This document shows positions 57,973 through 64,000 of a stretch of 64,000 bases of DNA, piece after piece (within the stretch, counting starts at the first letter, position 1; every line of letters begins with the position of its first letter). The position numbers and the translations under genes were made by a program. The notes below the pieces were generated by a model. The model saw only the letters and a list, made by a program, of their open reading frames with translations. It had not been told where the DNA came from and did not search any database. The DNA comes from Eukaryota sp. TZLM1-RC (Eukaryota > Protista > Metamonada: BaSk clade), in contig JAUPSS010000001.1 in NCBI GenBank assembly GCA_040285825.1, positions 3,038,001-3,102,000 on the forward strand, read 5' to 3'.

Positions 57973-60285
57973 CTATGGAGTTTTTAACGAAACTCTGTAT
58001 CTGTTGCGGAAATTTTCACTAACTTGTTGTTGTAATTGTCTTATCTTAGCCAATCGTGAGCTCACGTCATGATTCTGACGCGTGTCACTAGACGAATGGA
58101 GATCACCTGACACATAAGGATCATAAAGAGCTGTAGACTGAAAATTTGATGAATTTTTCTTTGACTCTCTTATCTTCTTAATAATCTCCAAAGCAGAACT
58201 CGTTGGTGATTCTTTTTTTGTATTGGCTCTGTTCCCATCGTTTATTTCTTGCTCAAGCACTTTTTCCATTTCTGTTGGTTTAGTAAGTAATTGAGAAGCA
58301 GGGGAAAACTCAGCTTCTTGTGATTTGCTTTGATTTTCTTGTGATTTCTTTTGATTTTGAGTCAAATTAAAGAGCGTTTGGGCCGTCGAGACTAGACGTT
58401 GGACTCTATCAGCATCAGGAATGGTGACGTTTCCAAAATCGTCATCAGAGTCAGATAAGAGAGCTTCAAGGTCAGTAATCTCTTCAGACTCGCTGAAATT
58501 TTCACTATATGAGCTCTTTGTGTCATCATGGGTGTCAGAAATGTGTGATAATGTGTCAAAAATATTGTTCATTTCCAAATTTTCAGTCATTGATCCCTGT
58601 AGAGATTCTCGATGATCGTCCCCTGTCACGTCATTGGAAACGTGATCATTTTGACCAATCACGTCATCACCATTGTTGTTAACATTAACAAAATCTTCCT
58701 TGGTCATAATACTTTGTGCCAACTGCTCAATTTCGCTCATCACGTCATCATCCTGACCTGCCACGTCATCTTTTTGATCTATTAAGTCATCTTTTTGCCC
58801 TGCCACGTCATCTTTTTGAGCTTCTGGACTTCCATGACTAATTACTGCTTCATTCATAACACTTGGATCCATGTCGAGATCATCAGAGTCTGATAATAAA
58901 TCCTCAAGATTGGTTGTTTCAGAAAAATTGTCAATTTCATTTTCAATCTCTTTGATTATGGCATCAGAGTCATCAGAGAACGACTGATTTGATTGACTTT
59001 GAGATTCATCGTCACCTACACTCTCTTCAAAGTAACTGTCATCACTTTCAGATTGATTTGATTGATGACGTGAAGTTTCTTCATCATTTTGATCCTCTTC
59101 TTTACACACATCTTCCTCTTCTTCTTGTTCTACTATTTTGGAATCTTGAACCTCTTCCTCACTTACTTCACCTTCCTCGACCCCGGCTTCTTGCTTCTCC
59201 TCATCTAATTGCAAAGGAAGTGGTTCAGGAATTGGTGGTGATGAAGGATGGTGAACATCATTAGGAGATAATAAACTCTCTGTCAACTCATCAATCAAAT
59301 CATCGGATATTTGGCCCTCACCGATGAATGATTTGATTGCTTGCCTAGTTAATTCAGGATCTTTGATACCTTGCTCCTTTAAGAATTCATCAAGAAGTTC
59401 GAGTTTTTCCCTTCTATTCATTGAATTCCAAATCCGTTCACCTTCTTCATCAGAGACGTCATCATTTTGAGCTATCACGTGATCATTTTGAGCTTTCTCT
59501 TCTGATTCGTTTGCTTGTTGTTGCTGTTCTACTGTTTCATCAGTTAATTCATCATGTTTTTCTATTCTCAAAGTTTTGCTTGATCCCTTCTTCATAAATG
59601 GTGAGCTCAACTCAAAAACTTCAGCAGGATTGACAATCTCTTCCTGCACAGTAGCTCTACTTCTACCATTCAACATCCTCAATTTGGAAAAAGAAGAAAG
59701 ACAAAACTGTTCAAAAGTCACTTTGTTGCTATCCATGAAGGGGTTTCCCTGCACGTCTAGAATCTTGAGGTTGGAAAGAGAGGAGAGAGAGACTGTGGAG
59801 GAAAGCTCGTTGAGATAATTGTAGGAGAGTAACAGAGTTTCCAGAGTTCGTGTGACTTGACCTGAGAAGCATGGTAAGGAGGAAAGTTCATTGTCAGAAA
59901 GCTTGAGGACTCGGAGGTGACGGAAGTGGTTTATGTTTTGAATGGATGAGATACGATTACCGGTTAAGGAAAGGTATTCCACCCGTTTAAAGAAGGGAAG
60001 ACAGCCATCGATGGTGGAGAGCTGGTTAAAGTCTAAGTGAAGCTCTGTGAGGTTGTGAAAAGTGGGGAGAAGGGAAGAGATTGAGAGAATTTGACAGTGA
60101 TCCAAAAAAGCAGTCGTGATGAGAAGGGAATGGTCCTGTGATTTAAGAGAAAGCTGATCAGTGGAAAATAGAGAGGGTCCTAAGTTTGTATAGGAAAAGA
60201 CAAGGGTTTCATCATCAGCAACATGAGCAGCATCCTCTCGAGAAAGAGTCTCAGCGATACGAGATGGAGACTCAGTGGAGGGCAT
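57973..60285 (-). CDS. SDS22-like LRR protein with long acidic low-complexity tail
   Basis: LTELHLDFNQL, LSLTGNRI, LKLSDNEL, LLLSYNYL, LDVQGNP cap; DDVAGQ(K/D)D repeats. Confidence 0.85.
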   Translation of the reverse strand: MPSTESPSRIAETLSREDAAHVADDETLVFSYTNLGPSLFSTDQLSLKSQDHSLLITTAFLDHCQILSISSLLPTFHNLTELHLDFNQLSTIDGCLPFFKRVEYLSLTGNRISSIQNINHFRHLRVLKLSDNELSSLPCFSGQVTRTLETLLLSYNYLNELSSTVSLSSLSNLKILDVQGNPFMDSNKVTFEQFCLSSFSKLRMLNGRSRATVQEEIVNPAEVFELSSPFMKKGSSKTLRIEKHDELTDETVEQQQQANESEEKAQNDHVIAQNDDVSDEEGERIWNSMNRREKLELLDEFLKEQGIKDPELTRQAIKSFIGEGQISDDLIDELTESLLSPNDVHHPSSPPIPEPLPLQLDEEKQEAGVEEGEVSEEEVQDSKIVEQEEEEDVCKEEDQNDEETSRHQSNQSESDDSYFEESVGDDESQSQSNQSFSDDSDAIIKEIENEIDNFSETTNLEDLLSDSDDLDMDPSVMNEAVISHGSPEAQKDDVAGQKDDLIDQKDDVAGQDDDVMSEIEQLAQSIMTKEDFVNVNNNGDDVIGQNDHVSNDVTGDDHRESLQGSMTENLEMNNIFDTLSHISDTHDDTKSSYSENFSESEEITDLEALLSDSDDDFGNVTIPDADRVQRLVSTAQTLFNLTQNQKKSQENQSKSQEAEFSPASQLLTKPTEMEKVLEQEINDGNRANTKKESPTSSALEIIKKIRESKKNSSNFQSTALYDPYVSGDLHSSSDTRQNHDVSSRLAKIRQLQQQVSENFRNRYRVSLKTP

Positions 60286-61272
60286 CAGCAGCTGTTTATA
60301 TTTATGAATTTGAAAAAATTTGTTGATTTTCGGGGAAAAAATTTCAATTACACAACATCACATTCCACTGCAGATCTTAAGCTTGTTTGTTAGAAGGGTG
60401 AATCAAATAGTGCCAAAAGTTCTGCAGCTGCTTCTCTGACACCATCTGCATCGAAAAATTATCACTTGGCAAACTGTCTCATAAGCCATATGATTGTCAA
60501 TAATTTAAAACTTGAATTTCAGAAAGGTTTTTTTTGTCAGGAATAAGTGGCTACATTGAACAGGAAATCATTAGAGATAGTGCAATTTAAGCTGTCAAAC
60601 AGATTTCTACATCAAAATTTCATTTAATTATGACTGATGTAGCTAATGTATTTGGATGAGTCAGACATTTTTTGATTAATTTTTGCTCTCAGATTCTATA
60701 AATTTCTATCATTTTTTTTGAATTGATGAACTCCAAATATTCAAAACTCAAATTTCGTTCGAAAATTGAATAAGGAAGAATTTTGCAACAACCAAAAATT
60801 GGTGTCCCTTAAAAGGAAGCTATGTCTTCTCTTTTATTCCTTGTTGTTATCATTAACCCTCTGACTCCCTGAAATGATCCGAAAGTTTTTGCTAAAACTT
60901 GCATCAGGTTTTGATAAAACAAATAATGGTTTTGCAGAGTAGAATTAATTGATTCGGTAGATCGCAATCAGTTGTTCTCTTGCTCTCCCCAATATAAAGT
61001 TTCTGGGTTTGAATGGAACAATTCTTTAGTTGGAGCTAGTACAAAAATTTGGCGCTCTTTGTGATTCAAAAATTGACGACAAATACAGACTAACTGATCT
61101 ATTCCAAACAATAACTGTTGATGATTTTGAACTACCTTCATTATTGCGAAAAGAAAGTTGATACAGTTGGTATAGTGATTTATGCAGTTGAAGCAGTAAA
61201 AATTGTATTGTTCATGATACATCAGGATAAGCATCCTCTCAACAATATTGATGTTAAAGGAATTACTTTTTC

Positions 61273-61314
61273 AGCAAATGAGAGCAAATGAGAGCAAATG
61301 TGAGCAAATGAGAG
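61273..61314 (+). repeat. 10-bp tandem repeat (AGCAAATGAG) x about 4, upstream of the CEP83-like gene
   Basis: agcaaatgag agcaaatgag agcaaatgtg agcaaatgag ag. Confidence 0.85.
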
Positions 61315-61361
61315 TTCAAAGGATTTAAAAACCATAAATCCATTGTCACCCATCTTCTACC

Positions 61362-62654
61362 ATGGAAGCAACCTACATCGACCCTGACGATATTGCTTCT
61401 CTCATCGCTGATCTACGAGATCAGGCTCATCAATACAAAGAGAACTTTGAAACTCTTCAACGATATCATGATCAGACAGTTCAGGAATACCAACGTCGTG
61501 TTGAATACTGGAAACGCGAAGTTGATCAAAAAACCCGTGAGTTTCAAGAAGTCCAACAACAAATCCTTTCTCCAGAAGAACTCAACGCTATCCGTGAAGA
61601 AACCCTCGCCCAAGTCTCTGCTACCTATGAACAACAACTCACCATGCTCAATAAGGATCTAGCCTCTGCACAAGACTCTAAACACTCACTAGATCGAGAA
61701 TACAGAATCTACAAAGCAGAAACAGAATCGAAACTAAATAACCTAGAAAGTGCTTTGAAAACTGAGCGTCAGTCCCATGAAGAGACTCAAAAATACCTTT
61801 TGTCATTGCGCAATTCTCTGAAGCAAACTGAACAAAAGCCCGATCGATCGGGCGAATGGAAAAGGCCTTGTACCTGTGAAGTCACTGAAGCCAGACTTGG
61901 CATGGCGGAAGACCAAGTCAGAGAGTTACAGGGGGAATTGGAGCAGAAAGAGCATGAGATTATTCGGCTGGAAAATGAAGTTTTGGATTTACAACAATCT
62001 AATAAAAACAATGAATTAGAAAGAAAAAGAGAAGTTGAAGGACTTCGGAGTTTTAGGCTGGAGTTAGAAGCACAAATGGAAGAAATGGAGCATGAGAAGG
62101 GTGATTTGGTGAGGAAGTTGGAAGGTCAAAAAAGACAGAATTCTGAGCTGTTGGAGGGTCTAAAAAGGGAGGAAATCAGGAGAAATCAGTTGGAAAATCA
62201 AATAATGAAGTTTTCTCAGGATTCGAATAATCTTTCTGATTCATTAAAACAAGAACAATTAAAATCATTTGAATTAGAAAAAGAATTAGAAAAAGAACGA
62301 GTCAGTAAATCAGAACTATGTGAGACGCTGAAAATAGAAGAATTCAAGCGCAGTCAAGCTGAAAACAACAGAGAGCATTCAAGTGAGAGCATTAAAAAGG
62401 AATTACTGGAGACTAGATCAAAATTAAAACGTGAGGCTCATAAATCATCAAGACTTGCCGAGAAATTCCAGGTTTGTGAAACCAAATTGAGGGCTTTGAG
62501 AACAGATCATAAGCTTGAACTTCAAGAAATGAAAAAGTCAATTGCTTTGGTGGAACATGAGGCAAAACGAAGAGAGAATGCGTTGTTGAGGGAGAAGGAG
62601 AGATTGGTTTTTTTGCTTCAAAGCAATGGCATCAATCCAGATTTGATCATTTAA
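61362..62654 (+). CDS. CEP83: CEP83/CCDC41-like centriole distal-appendage coiled-coil protein
   Basis: LIADLRDQAHQYKENFETLQ and KTREFQEVQQQILSPEELNAIR resemble the CEP83 N-terminus as recalled; otherwise generic coiled coil. Confidence 0.6.
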   Translation: MEATYIDPDDIASLIADLRDQAHQYKENFETLQRYHDQTVQEYQRRVEYWKREVDQKTREFQEVQQQILSPEELNAIREETLAQVSATYEQQLTMLNKDLASAQDSKHSLDREYRIYKAETESKLNNLESALKTERQSHEETQKYLLSLRNSLKQTEQKPDRSGEWKRPCTCEVTEARLGMAEDQVRELQGELEQKEHEIIRLENEVLDLQQSNKNNELERKREVEGLRSFRLELEAQMEEMEHEKGDLVRKLEGQKRQNSELLEGLKREEIRRNQLENQIMKFSQDSNNLSDSLKQEQLKSFELEKELEKERVSKSELCETLKIEEFKRSQAENNREHSSESIKKELLETRSKLKREAHKSSRLAEKFQVCETKLRALRTDHKLELQEMKKSIALVEHEAKRRENALLREKERLVFLLQSNGINPDLII

Positions 62655-64000
62655 ATATTTGATCGTTTTTATTTAATAATTTCTATTTAAAGTTTGACTT
62701 TGGAAGTCTTATTTTAATAAAATGTATATTATTTTCTCAGTTACAGTACATTGATTTATGAGAATGGAGCATTACTTTGTTTGATGGTTCAGTAGCATTC
62801 GCAAAGTGTTGATAATCGTCACTTGAAATAGAAGCAAGAACTGTTACAGAAGTTTGAACCATTTGAAGTGTTTTGATAACTAAAATTTTGAAATTTTGAA
62901 ATTTTGAAATCTAAAGGATTGAGTCAATCTTACAAGTGATTTGGTCATAAAAATGTTCACTACAAAAACATCAATTTGTACTCATGTATTGAACAGGAAA
63001 TAATTGGGAAGATGATTCAGATATTCAGAAAATAAGGAATAAATAACAAAAAAATAAAAAAAAAACTTATTTGTATTTAATTGCAGATACAAGAAATCCG
63101 AAGTTCAGCCTGAACATCCCTTTTCAGACAAAAACTGCCCAAATTATGTCTGTAACAAAGTCAGATGCGAACAATTGTTTGAAAAGTGATTTTAAATTCG
63201 AGAAACAAACTTAGATTTAGATTTAATTAGTCATTAATTTCAATTATCATTCGTTCATATTGTTTTTTTGCTTCACTTTGATTGGAGTTGAATTCTGTGA
63301 TTTTCGCGTGATCTGATTGACTATTTGATCATAGTAAGAACTGTTTCCTTTCCATATGTAAATCACCTGGTGGTTTACAGCGACAAAAAGCGCAAGAGTA
63401 GCATCACTCAAAGATTCACATTACATTGGTTAATAATTTATTATACTCGTGTATATCTGCAGTACTGGAAGCAATGAAAACAATGATGAACAGCTAATCA
63501 GCCGTGTCCTCATCTACCTCTTCGTGATCCTCAACGAATTCCATATCCCTTTGGAGTAGAACAGAGGGTGGAAGTGATGGGATTTGCTGGTCACTCTTAT
63601 CATCAAGTGATCTTATACTCCATTTTCTGGGATAAAAGCAAGGTTCTTGGTTTTCACATTCTCCTACATCAAGTTCATCTTCAATGTCGTGTTTTGTGTC
63701 CATAACAGTGTGCGAGGTTTTGATGAAATAGGATTTCTTTGATGAGTGATCGGATGGCGTATAGTATGTTCGACTTTACCATGATATAAAATACATTTTA
63801 AAAGACCGTTGTTGTAACAAATTACCCTATCTGGCTTAATAAACTTTTTTATTTTATTATTGACAAAATTAAGCTGGCCTTTGTTTACATTCACTGTTCT
63901 TTGTCACACTTCTTGATGGTGAAGACCATGGCTATGATGTTTTGTTGTCAAATGATGCTGTTTTGGCATAAAACAACTACTGTCCCATCAGCATAGTACT

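Noticed and set aside
58620-58820. cacgtcatc repeats as a DNA-level array
   Set aside because: They encode the DDV(A/I)GQ peptide repeats within the LRR protein's acidic tail.

Overview
Eukaryotic, AT-rich, gene-dense and nearly intron-free DNA from a flagellated protist (CCDC40, CEP83-like and kinesin genes; 30-33 nt GT-AG introns). The style suggests a free-living metamonad, but this is inference only. About 19 host genes sit among many decayed mobile elements. Host genes: RING-TM protein, kinesin, SPC25, Gemin2, two tandem AEC/PIN-like transporters, a divergent tri-ubiquitin, eIF2-beta, aminopeptidase P, an RBR-type E3, VTI1, a RING-kinase-3xUBA-CaaX protein, two LRR proteins, CCDC40, CWF19-like, an RFC small subunit, CEP83-like and one hypothetical. 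Mobile elements: about ten pieces of CRE-like RT+RLE non-LTR retrotransposons (one nearly full length), remnants of a second R2/R4-like family, and a hAT-like MITE. The top result is missed by the ORF track: a decayed, internally deleted Fanzor (eukaryotic TnpB-like RNA-guided nuclease) gene at about 11270-12327, followed by a candidate omega-RNA/right-end segment. Also notable: the transporter paralogs differ by two introns flanking an 11-nt micro-exon, yet both splice to exactly 1230 nt; the RBR ligase has Ser at its catalytic Cys position. All family calls come from motif recognition by eye; no searches were run.
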